In this document: piece after piece, positions 14,053-30,049 of the stretch
Numbering within the stretch: position 1 is the first letter of the stretch
Layout of the letters: the number at the start of each line of letters is the position of its first letter
DNA from: the human T2T-CHM13v2.0 reference genome, Homo sapiens
Assembly (NCBI RefSeq): GCF_009914755.1
Contig: NC_060927.1
Strand: one strand, 5' to 3'
Length of the DNA stretch: 64,000 nt
The notes under the pieces: generated by a model
The model's database searches: none
Seen by the model: the letters and a program-made list of their open reading frames with translations, nothing else
Told to the model about the DNA's origin: nothing
Made by a program: the position numbers and the translations under genes

Positions 14053-15030
14053 CACTTCCTCCTTCTTGAAACGATTCTTTTATGTTCTCCAGCACTGACA
14101 ACTCCTCAGTCTACTGGCTCCTTTCCCTATTCCCTGTCTCCTAAATATTGGAATACCTCACAGCTCAGTCTTTGACCCTCTTCCCCTTTCTAGATATTCC
14201 GTCAGTGATATTTACCCATCCATAGTTTTAAATATACCCACTAAGGGACAAGTCCCAAGTAAATATTTTCAGCTCTGATTTTTCCCTTGAGCTGAATCAA
14301 CACTTGACACTTGGGTATCTAATAAGCATCTCAGATTTAACATGTCCAAAACAGCTCTAGATTTCTCCCCTCAAACCTACTCTTCCCACAGTCTTCTCCC
14401 TCTTGGCAAATGCTGTTATTACCCCTCCAGCAGCTCAGATCAAAAGTTTGGAATCCTCCTCAACTATTCCTTTTTCCCCTCCCACCATACTTATGATCCA
14501 TCAGCAAATCGTGTGGGTGCCACCTTCAAAATATGTCCCAAATCTGACTGTTCCTCACCACCGTGATCCCCAATATCCTGGACACCCTTGCCTGGATGAC
14601 TGCAGTATCCACTTGACCGTTCTCTACACTTGCCCCTCTTTTCACGCAGAATCATCTAAATAACACTGTCCTGCCCACAAACCTCCAAGGCTTCCCATTA
14701 TCCTTGAAATAAGATACACTCTTTATCATGGCCTAGAAAATCCTACATGACCTGGATCATGACTATGCAACGTTCTTTCCTACCATTCTACCCCTGACCT
14801 CTGAGTTCCAACCATACTGACTTTCTGCCCATCCCTTACCCCCACCTCTGTGCTTTTGCACTTGCTCATGCGTCTGCTTGGAAGGTTCTTCTCCCTCTCA
14901 TTTCATTCAGGTCTCTGCTCAAAATCCCACCTCTTGGTAGAGACCTTCCCTGACCACCCTCTCTAACATAAGACACCATCTCCACATGCCCCATAAATTT
15001 CTGTCATCTGACCTGCTTTATCTTCATGAT

Positions 15031-15414
15031 TGACATGGTTTGGATCTGTGTCCCTGCCCAAATCTCATGTCAAATTGTAATCCCCAGTGTTGGAGGAGAG
15101 GCCTGGTGGGAGGTGATTGGATCATGGAGGCAGACTTCCCTATTGCTGTTCTCGTGATACTGAGTGAGTTCTCACGAGATTTGGTTGTTTAAAAGTGTGT
15201 AGCACCTTCCCCTGCACTCTCTTCCTCCTTCTTCAGACATGTAAGACATGCCTGCTTCCCCTTTGCCTTCCACCATGATTGTAAGTTTCCTGAGGCCTCC
15301 CCAGCCATGCTTCCTTTACAGCCTGTGGAACTCTGAGTCAATTAAACCTCTTTTCTTTATAAATTACCCAGTCTCAAATAGTTCTTTATAACAATGCAAG
15401 AATGAACTGATACA
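15031..15414 (+). mobile_element. MST (MSTA-like, MaLR) solo LTR
   Basis: TG...CA ends, MST-type 5' sequence, and perfect 5-bp TSD ATGAT at 15026-15030 and 15415-15419. Confidence 0.85.
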
Positions 15415-15739
15415 ATGATACAATGACATTGTGTCATGTACCCGCTTATTAATGTGTTGTATATGTCTGCCACTGAAATGTAAGTTCCATGATGACAGAA
15501 ACTGTCTTGTCACCATCATATCATCGGCCCCATCACAGTATCTGGCACCTAGAAGGCACTCTATGAATATATTTTGAATAAATTAAAAGAAAAAGAAGCA
15601 AATATCTCTATAACCCTGTTTAAAAACAAGAAGAGAAACATCAAAGAGCCAGAAACAGTGAGAGCAGAGAAGCCACAGTAGCCATAGCCTAAACAAGAAG
15701 CAGTCAGAGAGGGTGGCCAGAAGCAAAGAATTCACAGAA

Positions 15740-16460
15740 AAGGAATGACAACAGCCAATAAAGGCAAGAAAAGGTGCTAAATCTCAAATATAAATGGAGA
15801 AATGTGAATTTGCCCAACATACCATTTCTCACTCCTCACATTGGAAAAATTAACAAAGTTTGATAGTATTAAGTGTTGCTAAAAATGGAAGAAAATGTCC
15901 TTTCATATGATGCTGGTAGGACTGTAACTAGATATAGGCACTTTGAAGGGTGATTTTGCAGTATCTACAAAACCTGAAAATGCACCCCCAATGACCCAAT
16001 ATTTTCATTTATATCCTAGAGAAACATTAACACAGTTGGACAATGATGCATATGTAAGAATGCTTCAGTAAGCATTTAAATTTAGATTTCTAATTTAAAA
16101 AATTAGAAACGAATATCCTCAGCACAGAAATAAGTAAAATCGCCATTGTCAAGAATATACTTTTGGTGATCATTTCTTTTTTAAAAACTGGCCTGTCGAG
16201 TCAAAGGGATCATTTCTATAGGTCATTACTAGAGAAGTTTCTCTGAATGTGTAAAGAACTAAAAAATAAGAATCAACTTAAAAAATGTAAAAACCCATTG
16301 TCTAGCCATACAATGGAACACCATGTAGTAGTTATAAGGCATGAAGTACATCTATACACGGTAATATGGACCTCCGTATTACCAAGACATACGTCTCTCC
16401 ACGACACACTTTTAAGTAAAACAGGCAATTTGCAGAATAATTCAATATGTTATTTCTATG
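15740..16460 (+). mobile_element. Old L1 (L1ME-like) fragment
   Basis: Degenerate L1 ORF2-end/3' UTR motifs (gctggtaggactgtaactag...cactttgaaggg, gcagtatctacaaaa). Confidence 0.55.
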
Positions 16461-16780
16461 AAAAATATACATGCACAGTATGACCATGTGTCTTCCAAAG
16501 AGATAATCTATTTTTACGTTAAAGAGTACAAAAGGAGGTGGATTGTCAAAGGAGACCTCACCTTTCTCTGTAACACTTTACTCTTTCACAGGTAATACAT
16601 GAATATATGTGTGGTTTTTTTTTTTTAGTATAAGGAAATTAACTGAGAAAACTGGAATAAGGTTGGTCTTTGGAACAGAGCTAACAGCAAGAAACCATGA
16701 AATCGTTCAGCATATGCGAAGAACAAATAGGTCTTTATTGTTAGAGCATAAAAATTGAAGTAAGGAGTGGCAGAAATTGA

Positions 16781-17249
<469 letters not shown>

Positions 17250-17472
17250 TAAAATACATATTAAACCATTGAGTTCTCTTGTAGCCTTGCAAAACAGTCA
17301 TTATCTATAAGCCCCTGTCACAATTTATAAAACTTGCCCCACTAAAGCCAGATTATTTTAAACATCATAAAAAACAACAGACTAACTATGGCATGTAATA
17401 AATTACTCATGACCTACTTCTTTGGAATCTTGGGATTAAAAAATTAAATGGAAAGAAAGACAATGATGGTTA

Positions 17473-18144
<672 letters not shown>

Positions 18145-18594
18145 TTAACTGCTTTACAAGTGACAGCATTCAGTCCACTAGTCAGCACTTCATTAATTCA
18201 TCAAATATTTGTTGAGTTCAACTGTGTTAGGTGCTGAGGCTGGATGATAAGAAAAGACAATCCCCACTCTCATGGAGCTTACAATGGAAGGGAAATAGAT
18301 ATTAGTTGAGTTACTGCAACAGAGAAATGTAGAAATGCAACACCAATAAGTTTTATAAAGGAGTGGCCCATGATGGTTGAAGCACATAATGGGGGAATAT
18401 GACTTAGGAAGGTCAGGGAAGGTTTTGCTGGGGAAGGGGCGATTGAGGTTTAAAGGAAGAAAAGGAAAAACTTAGAGAAGTGGCAATGGGTAAGGAAGTT
18501 AATTATTGACAGTTGGAAAAGCATATGCAAATGTCCTGTGGCTGAAAATACACAATGCTGATATTTTAATGGACCTTTAAAAACACAGTTCCTA

Positions 18595-18883
<289 letters not shown>

Positions 18884-19488
18884 GCAGTTCCTAAAAAAAA
18901 CTTTTTAAAATTTCTGGCTGTTCTCTAATTTGTTGACCTAGAGGAAGATGAATAGAATATAAATCAAGCACATACCTAAACACTTGACCTTGACATTTTG
19001 CCCCACATAATGCTATTTCAGTGGCAGACAAAGCTCTAAATCCATTCTGTTTGAAGATGACATTCTTAAAATTGAGACTGCATCTTCTCTAGTAAAGTGC
19101 CTAGTCTTTAGTTACTTAATAAAGTACCACAAATAGTCAAATTAATAGCCACTAAGAATGAATAGCTGTGTATTCATAAGAAAATTCTAATTTAAAATAA
19201 TGTCAAAGCATTTCTTTAGCTCCACACAAAAGAAACAAGCAGTTGATTGCTGAAATTTATACCTTATTGTATCTTTTTTGACATCAGTAGAAGCTGTGTA
19301 TCTACAAGAGGAAAAGTTTGTTCCCAATTCCTGAGCCAAAATTTGTCAATGCCTTCAGCAATGACTTCCTAAAATGTTTTTGACTGCAACCCACATTAAG
19401 AAATCTATTTCAACTGTGACTTGCCACAAACAGACATATAGAAAGATATATAAATAAAACAAGTTTTGTCTTTCAAATAGGACCACTG

Positions 19489-19808
19489 GGCCGGGTGTGG
19501 AGGCTCATGCCTGTAATCCCAGCACTTTTTAATCCCAGCACTTTGGGAGGCTGAGGCAGGCAGATTACCTGAGCTCAGGATTTCGTGACCATCCTGGCCA
19601 ACATGGTGAAACCCCGTCTCTACTAAAAATACAAAAATTAGGTGGGTGTGGTGGCATGTGCCTGTAATCCCAGCTACTCAGGAAGCTGAGGTGGGAGAAT
19701 AGCTTGAACCTGGGAGGTGGAGGTTTCAGTGAGCCAAGATCGCACCACCGCAGCAAGACTCCATCTCAAAAACAAAAACAAACAAACAAACGAAAACCAA
19801 AACAAAAA
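19489..19808 (+). mobile_element. Alu with internal duplication (taatcccagcacttt twice) and right-arm deletion
   Basis: Direct reading of 19511-19550. Confidence 0.9.
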
Positions 19809-19904
19809 CCTGTAAAAAGATTTTTAAGAAGAGTCAATTTGGGAAACTGGAATACAGATTAGATATCACATTAAATCAAATAATAATTCTTAATTTTTTA
19901 AAAT

Positions 19905-20172
19905 GAGGTCTCGCTCTGTTGCCCAGGCTAGAGTGCAATGGGGGGATCATGGTTCACTGCAATCTCAAACTCCTGGGCTCATGCAATCCGCCTGCCTCAG
20001 CCTCCTGAAAGCTGGGACTCCAGGCATGTATCACCATGCCTGGTGAATTTTTAAAATATTTTTGTAGATACAGGGTCTCACTATGTTGTCCAGGGTGGCC
20101 TCAGACTCCTGGCCTCAAGCAATACTCCCAAAGTGCTGGGATTACAGGTGTGAGCCACTGCACACCTGGCCT
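19905..20172 (-). mobile_element. Alu (AluJ-like)
   Basis: Reverse-complement dimer. Confidence 0.88.
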
Positions 20173-20451
20173 ATTATTTTCACTAGTGATCATAATAATT
20201 ACACTGTGGTTTTTTTTTAAATGTTTATACTTTTTAAAGATACATGCAAAGTTTATGGTGAGAAATGATGTAATATTTGGGATTCCCTTTAAAATATATT
20301 TCATAAAAGAAAAAAAAACAAGCTAATGTGAAAACGCTAATGCGGTAAAAACTTAATTATTTGATCTGGGCGATGGGTATGTGGGAGTTCATTAAACTAT
20401 TCTCTCTAATTCTGTATATGCTTGAAATTTTTATAATATAAAATTAAGTTT

Positions 20452-21140
<689 letters not shown>

Positions 21141-21998
21141 TTAAATAATAGAAGAAAAAATGCTAATAATAAGCCCAGGTTGATTTCATGATGCACTAAA
21201 GCCTTGTGATGTATGGTTTGAGATGCTAGCTACCTCTGTCTCTGCTCTGCTCATACAAAATCACTGTAACACAAAAGACACTTTTTGGTCACTTGAATGC
21301 AAATTCAAAACAGAAAGCCTAATTCTGTTTCCAACTTCCAAAAATGTAATGCTTCTTGACATTTCCATAGTTGTCTATTTAAGTTCAATGTAAATAGCTG
21401 CTGCTACTTTGGGAGTGCCTGATAATGTCTATCACAGTACAAGGATGTATGTCTCTCTGGTGACATCTAAATGTTGATCTTGTAAATTCTGCGGCAACAC
21501 ATAATGTAGTACAAAGATATGCCAAGCAGCATCAAAGACTTTTTTTTTCAAAATCTGAGTTTAATCTAAATGTCAAATTAAATTTAGAGGAAAACAAATT
21601 ACAAAGTGTATGTAGATGACTTCAGCTAATTAATTCTCCCCATTGATAATATTTTGAACTTTGGACACAAAGGTTGTTAAATGCTTTATTTCTGTTGTTA
21701 CTTACAGTTGCTGATTTACAAAGCAAGTTAACTGTATAACCCAAAATTTTTTAAAAGGCAAATTCTATTTTTACACTAAGTGGGAATTTCCAACATTAAA
21801 TCAATCTATCTATACCCAGTGTTTGTATTGTGCTGAGATTTAGATTTTAAAAAGAACCCTCTAGTTCAAAAAATAAATATATCACTCTCTACCTTTCTTT
21901 TGCTAATGGGGGAAACATGTCCATTGGTTCTAAAAGGTCACTTTTTGTGAATTTGTGAATTTGTGAATACCTTTCTTGCCCTCTTTCCTAAAACCCTA

Positions 21999-22536
21999 TG
22001 TAGCAGAAACCATTGGCTGGTTATCTAACATCCTTACTACTCACCTTCCCCTTACTTAACTGCAACAAAATTTTATTCACATATCATCTTTTTCTAAGAC
22101 ATTGAGTGCTCCAGGGAAGCTGCTCCATCCCAATTGATAGTTCCAGGAGCTACAAACCAACTCATCTAAACCAGTCATGCTAATCCCCTTCTCCTTGCCA
22201 TTGATTGATTTAGGACTAAACATGTGATAAAATTCTGGCCAATGAAACAGAAGAGTAAGTTGGCAAAGAGCGTTTCTGGAAAACGTTTTCTTGCTCCAAA
22301 GAAACAGAATACTTTATTCACCTGGACATTCTCAGAGCTGCATACGAGGCCAGAACTCCTGCAGTATCTTTCTACCAGCCTCGAGGATAACCTCACACAG
22401 AGGATGGCCAGTCTAAGAGAACACAGAAACAGACTTGAGGCCCCTACTTCTGGGTTTCTAGTAATATGAAATGATCAGTTTCCTTATTGTTAAGCCACTT
22501 GCATGTTACTTGCAGCTAAGAGCTCTAAATGATACA
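21999..22536 (+). mobile_element. MLT1-type (MaLR) LTR
   Basis: tgtagcag start, and ttattgttaagccact...tgttacttgcagc...tgataca 3' end. Confidence 0.6.
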
Positions 22537-22649
22537 TTCACTTTGTAGAATTTCAGGCAAAACTTCAAATCCTTATTTGTTAAGCAATTTGTGATATGAA
22601 ACAGAGAGTGGATCTGTTTAACTCTCAAACAGCTGGTCATTTCAATTCA

Positions 22650-23018
<369 letters not shown>

Positions 23019-24171
23019 TTAGGGGTACTTTGGCAAATGAAGTCAATAGAAAGAGCAAAAAAGATGGACAAGTAGAATGATGACTCAGTTAACCCTATTA
23101 GAACAAGGGGGAGGGAAAAAATCTCACACATCTGAATTTCACTCATCATTATCCTCAATGCGTTTGAAGGCATGATTATAAGATTGTCAGCTCCTACTGA
23201 GGAAGAGTTTGGCATTCTGGCCAATTATGAGACAAGCTATACTCTTACAAGGATGTCCAAATGGCTAAAGTTCTGAACACATACACAAGATGGGTCGACC
23301 TACATATTTCATTACATGGTACTGCACAGTATGTATAAGTAGGCAATTTCTGAACTTAAGTATCAGCAGAGAGAGATGCTGCTCTAATACCTGGAGAGAC
23401 AGGATAAAAAGAAAATTGAATATTGACAACAGATCTTTTTATGGTAAAGGAGAGATTAGGCCACTCTCCTTCTGCAACTGATGAGCAATTACTGGGCAAA
23501 GAACTAGCAGAATTGCTGTATCACTCTGTCTTCACCAAGGACTGTATAATTACTCCTTTCCATTTCTAATTTTTAGAAAAGCATGCCTGGTGGAAGAAAA
23601 GGTAGGTAGGACTTGGTTTCCATTTTCAGGGGGATAATGTGAAGATAATGTGTTTTGACTCTAGAAACATCTTGAGCTCCTTGAAAGAAAGGAACTATGT
23701 AATTTTAAAATGAGAATAATTATATATTTTATGTAAAAGAGTTATACGCTTGGCTTATGATATTTAAAGCAAAATGATCACAGCATATGTTTGTTTTCTA
23801 TGATTTGGGAAGTGGCATTCGATTTTAGAACATTGGCTGGCACATAGTAGGCACACAGATATTAGTTGAAGGAATATTTGTTCACTAATTGCCAGAAAAA
23901 AAGTTTAAAAGGATAAAAATATGTTGTTTATCCATCTGAATAGGGAGAAAAAGCCTTTTTTAACTTCTAAAACTTCTAAATAAGTTTAAAGTCCTTTTTT
24001 GCATGATACAACTTTAGAATAAATTATTTCTATTATTACCTTTGGGGTTTTTTTAAGCTGACAATTTTTAAAACTAGCAAATATATTTTTAAACAGTTTC
24101 TAAAACTAAATTAAGCTTGATAATTAGGTGTAAATTGAGATGTGAGTGGCAATTCTATTTAAACTCTTTAA

Positions 24172-25609
24172 AAATCCATTCTATACTTATCAGTATTCTT
24201 AATAGAACATTTGAATTTTAGAAGAATTTGAAAGGAGATAAAGTTTAGGCATATCTGCCTTCTATGGAGGCTTCCATGGATTTATTTCAAATGTACTTTT
24301 GCTTTATTTTTAAAAATCCCATAAAGTAAGTTTAATAATTCAATGGGATTTTCATTAATGTGGCAGGACATTATAAACCACATTTGAAACCATACAAGTA
24401 CATTTAATTCTAATTTGACCCATACATGTACTATTTCTTAAAAGCTTATCAAATCCAGACCTTTGAAAATGCATACACTGTAACAGATTTTTTAAAAACA
24501 TGATGGAAAATATATACCACCCAGCTAAACACTCTCTTGATTTAGAATCGAGGCCTATATGTTTCTATTTCCATAGTGACTATTGCTGTGGAATCGACAT
24601 GTTTTAATTTAGATATGAGATTATAAACATCATTTGGAGGCAGAATTTATTTTTTTCTCCTACAATTTCTGAAAATTGATCAGTCTAACTGCTGAACAGA
24701 AGCAAATTCTGGAGCAGGATTTAGAAATTATTTGGCTTTTGGGGCATTTGAGACTAACAAAAGATGAGTTTTCACAGAAACTCATGGCTTTTAAATCTTT
24801 AATCCTTAAAAAATGTAACTTTTCATACTTTATAAAACAAAGAAGAAATTCTTTATCAGGACTCCTTCAGAAGTATTTAAATTGTGCTAACATATTGTTT
24901 CAAAAAATAAAAAAAATCAGGGCAATTAGATAAGTACAGATTCTGCTTGCATTTTTGTCTAAAAATATCCTAAAAAGTTGAAATGAGACATTATACGGTC
25001 ATCAATTACCTAAGAAGAGTAGTGACAGTGTGACGCACATTTAGGTCAAGTAAAAGTTAGCAACCCAAATCACTCATGAAAGAAAAAGAAGGAAAAAATT
25101 ATATTCATTAGCTTTTTTCCATGAATTTTTTTGAACCCCTACCATTCCTGGTCAAGAAGCTCATAGATGAGGGTAGGCCATGAAGAGGAAACAGGCAAGT
25201 GTAGTGGAGGCTTGTAAGTGCTCCCGTGGAGAGAAGCTGAAGGTGTTGGCAGAGCACACAGGAGGAAGAATGCAAAGGGTGGAGGAAAGGGTCCTGAGGG
25301 TTCTACAAAAAGAAAAAGTTGTAGACACCAAAAGGGGCTCCTTCTTAAAAAATAATAATAAATAAAGACGAAACACTCAGACAACTCTGCCTAATATGGT
25401 GGAATCACAGAGCCCAGCTGGCACATAAGCAGACACCATCCCGTTCCTTATGACCGGAAGTTATTAAAAGTCATACGATTTCAATAACCCTTGAAATGCA
25501 GCTTTTGGATTAGGATGAATAAAGTTGGAAGAGGCCTTCATAAATTCATTCTATACTTGTCACTCTTCTTATTATAACATTTGAATTTTAGAAGAATTTG
25601 AAAGGAGAT
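24172..25609 (+). repeat. Dispersed 68-bp direct repeat (24172-24239 and 25542-25609)
   Basis: 62/68 identity without gaps, 34-nt perfect core aacatttgaattttagaagaatttgaaaggagat, offset 1370 nt. Confidence 0.9.
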
Positions 25610-25911
25610 TATTTAAACATCTCCAACTCTTTCTGATCGCTTTTTGTTTTCCCTCGTAAGGGTAGAGTGAATCCAAAAGTTTATACAACTCAAGGATTGC
25701 TAGAATTGCCCCGCCTTCAGAAGCCAGCTCCTTAGCCCAGGGATAATCTATCGAAAAGAAACTGTGGGTCTGCAGAGGGGAAATCATAAGAGACATCAGC
25801 CATGAGGGGAGAAAAAAGATGGCGAGAGAAGACATTATTTTGTTTAACTGATGATCAGCCAGACTCATCAATGACAACAGAAAGCAAAAAGCTAAAGCTT
25901 TTACAGCATTA

Positions 25912-26310
<399 letters not shown>

Positions 26311-26434
26311 AATGCCATATTTAACATCTATTGTCAGGCTTTTTCACTCTTTGAAATGTTATTAAATGAAGACCTGCTGGGACTCTGGAGGCTATGAAAA
26401 GCAATGGGGCAGATCAGAAGGGACAAGACAGTCG

Positions 26435-27520
26435 TTCATGAAATATTTACTGAACACTCACTATGTGTTGGGTACTATTCTGGGATCTGAGGAATGCAGA
26501 AGTGAAAAGAATGTATAAAGATCCCTGCCTTCACGAAGCTTACACTCTAGTAGCTGGAGAAAGATAATCAATAAAGCAGGGGAGGGGGACAGGGAGTGTA
26601 TGTGTGGGAGGGGAGAGAGAGAGAAGGAACGTGCCATCAGGGTAGATTTCATATTTCAAACAGATCTGTAGAGGAGTAGATTGGTAGAGGAAAGCCTGCC
26701 AAGATCTCAAAGGGCAAGATCTGAGCAAAGACATGAAGGAAGAGAAGGATGATCCGTAGGGAAAAGGGTTCCAAAGAAGGCACAGCAAATGCAAAGGTCC
26801 CGAGGCAGGAATGTGCTTGGCATGTGAGAAGAACATGAGGAGGCCAGCATAACTGGAGTAGAGAAGAGGAAGAAAGTAGGTGCGCTCAGAGACATTCATT
26901 TGAAGGGATGGGGGTGAGGGTCTTGCAAGTCACAGTAAGCCTTTTACTCTGAGTGGTAAATGGTAAAGCATTGGAGTGTTTTGAATGGAAGAGTGACACG
27001 ATCCAATATTTCTCAACAAAGATTGACTGCACATCTACTGTGATTCAAGTACTGTGCTGAGCCACATACTTAGGTGCTAAGAGTACACTAATAATCATGA
27101 CAGACACAATCCTGGTCCTCGTTGACGTTATATCCTAGTGGGAAAGAAAGAAAAAAAAACAAGTAAAACAACCCACAAAAAAAGAATTTCTACTGTGATA
27201 AGGCTACAAAAAACAAAAACAAAAACTCAGGCACTTGAATAATGAGAGATGGGGTGAGAGGAGTGTATGGGGAAGTTTACTTTGTGTAGGAGCATCAAAT
27301 AAAACTTCCCTGAGGAGGTGACATTTGAGGCGAGTCTTAAGAGATGCAGAGGAGCTAGCTCTAGCTAAATATAAAGTTGGGGAGAAGTATATCAAAGGGA
27401 CGGAACTGCATGTTCAAGGGCCCCAGGAAACAAAAGGATGTGGCTTGTTACAAGGAGAGAAAGAAACCAGTACAGCTGGTCCACAAAACATGCAGAGAGA
27501 GAGAGGAAGATAGGATGAGA
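26435..27520 (-). mobile_element. L2 fragments
   Basis: aaatatttactgaacactcactatgtg...atccctgcc and gcaaatgcaaaggtcccgaggcagga, typical of antisense L2. Confidence 0.7.
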
Positions 27521-29642
27521 CTGTAGCTATAAGCTGGAGCTCGACCAGGATAGTAAAGGGACCTGAATATGAAACTGATGACCTAAGGTAGACAAAATGT
27601 CAGACATCATAAGAGAACTATAGATTTTAAAAAACAGTAAGTTTTGAAGAAAAACAGCTGGCATGGGGCATTTGGAAGGGAGTAGTGTTGAACTATTTGT
27701 TGTGGATGCATTGAATCTGGCCATGTTCAGAAGGGAAGACGACATTATGAGAAGACAACATCATGGGGGTGGGTCGGAGTTGTCTTCAAATGCCTACTCA
27801 GCCAGTAACAGCTGTGGCTAAACTGACACTTTGAGAGCCTCTGTTTTCCCCCACCTGAAATGATGACATGTGCCTTGCAGGTGTGGGAGAATTAGAAATA
27901 ATGTTCATAAAACTCCTCATGTATTGCAAGTGCCAAATAAGTGATAGTTATGATAGAATATGAGTTCTGTTGATTTGAGTTTCTACTCCCCAGCTTGAGT
28001 GAAAGCACAGAGCCAGTGACAGCCACCATCTGAACCTTGCAAATCATTTTCAACACATCACTTTATTTGTACCTCCAGCCTAGATTTGTTAAGTGCCTAC
28101 AAGGTGCCAGGCATGAGCTTGGCATTGGAAATACACTGCTGACAACAAGCCCCTGCCCTGTGGTACTTCCAATGTACTTGGGAAGCAAACAAAGGAATAA
28201 GGAAATATATGACTTGTGATAAGTACTGTGAAGGAAAAGAATGAAAGAAATGTGGAATGAGTAAGGAGAAGGATGGAGGAAGAAGAAAGGAAATCTAGGA
28301 AAATGATGTGAAGTAAGGGGAGACAAAGGCTCTTTCTAAAGTAAGCCTCTTTGTAAGATAAACTATCCCAAGTGTTACTACAATTAGTATTATTTAACTC
28401 CCTCCTTTTCAGGAAAAGCTCTTCTTAGTACCCTATACTCCGAGGAGGAGAGGTAGCCAGCCAGCCACAGGAAAAGTGAGGTAGAGGAGGGAGAAGGATT
28501 TTCACTCCTTGGGCTCACCTCAAAACACTAGGGGTGGGAAACAAACTAAGGAGGAAATCAGCCCCCATTAAAGGGCTCATAGGGAAAACTGAAAACTCCC
28601 AAATCTCTTTTTTCTAGCAGACACTTTGGCATTTATTTTCCCAGAGGACAGAATATATAACACTGACTTCCAAAGCCATTCATTTCCCTTGATCTAACCA
28701 GAAGTGATGTGATGAGTACTTTAAGCTTAGAGCAGCCACTTGTGAGTTCTACAAAGCACCCCCGAGGGATGCAATTGCAAACATCAGTACGTTCTTTTAC
28801 AACACAATATTCCTATGCAGTAGATAGTTGACTTATGTCAATTTTATAGATTTGAGAGAAAACCGTAGAGACCTTGTGCGTCTTCTTCAAATTAATCCTA
28901 GACCTACAGCTTAAATCCCATGTTTACGCTGGCTCAGGCAGAACCTCCAACTCTGCTCTGCCTTCATCCCCAGAGAAACCCTGCAAATTTGATTATAGAT
29001 GTATAAGATATGAGAAATTTATGTGAGAGAAAATTTTGGCCAAGAGGGCAATTTTACTAAAAGTCATGCATTTTTATGAATCAGTCACAATAATCAGAGA
29101 GCTTTGATTTCCTTCATTTCTTTTTCCACAAACTGTGTCATGACTGAAGTTGTCTGGCAGCTTCTAGTTGTTATTAGGCAACACAACTGGTGCTAGCCTA
29201 TGAGAACTTGATCTTATAGGTTAAGACTTATGAGCCTATACGAGAGCTTATGAACACATACTTCACAACATTTAAGGTTGAAGAGGTAACTTGAAAGAAA
29301 ATCTGATCAAGGAAGTTGTGTTTGTTTTCTGATGTCTCTTAAAGATCAACAGTACGATATAATCCATTGTCCTTTCCTTGTTCATCTTAGGCCTTAGGAG
29401 ACTCAATGTCTATTGAACCAGGCTTCTCTTTCAGTAATCTCTGTAGCTACCGTATTTTTCTCTTATTTGTAACCTTGTTTTCTATTTATACTAATAACTT
29501 TATTGAATATACGGCATCTTTATTTGAATATATGGAATCTTATTAAATATATGGGACAACCTTATTGAAATATGTACTCACTTTTGGAAAAGAACAAAGG
29601 ATAGATACAGAAAACTTCTTCCCCAAATGTACAAGGTTGTAG

Positions 29643-30049
<407 letters not shown>

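Larger units (their letters stand above)
13600..15585 (+). mobile_element. L2 fragment interrupted by an Alu and an MST LTR
   Basis: gtatctaataagcatctcagatttaacatgtccaaaac and the terminal taagttccatga...tggcacctagaaggcactctatgaatat...tgaataaat. Confidence 0.7.
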
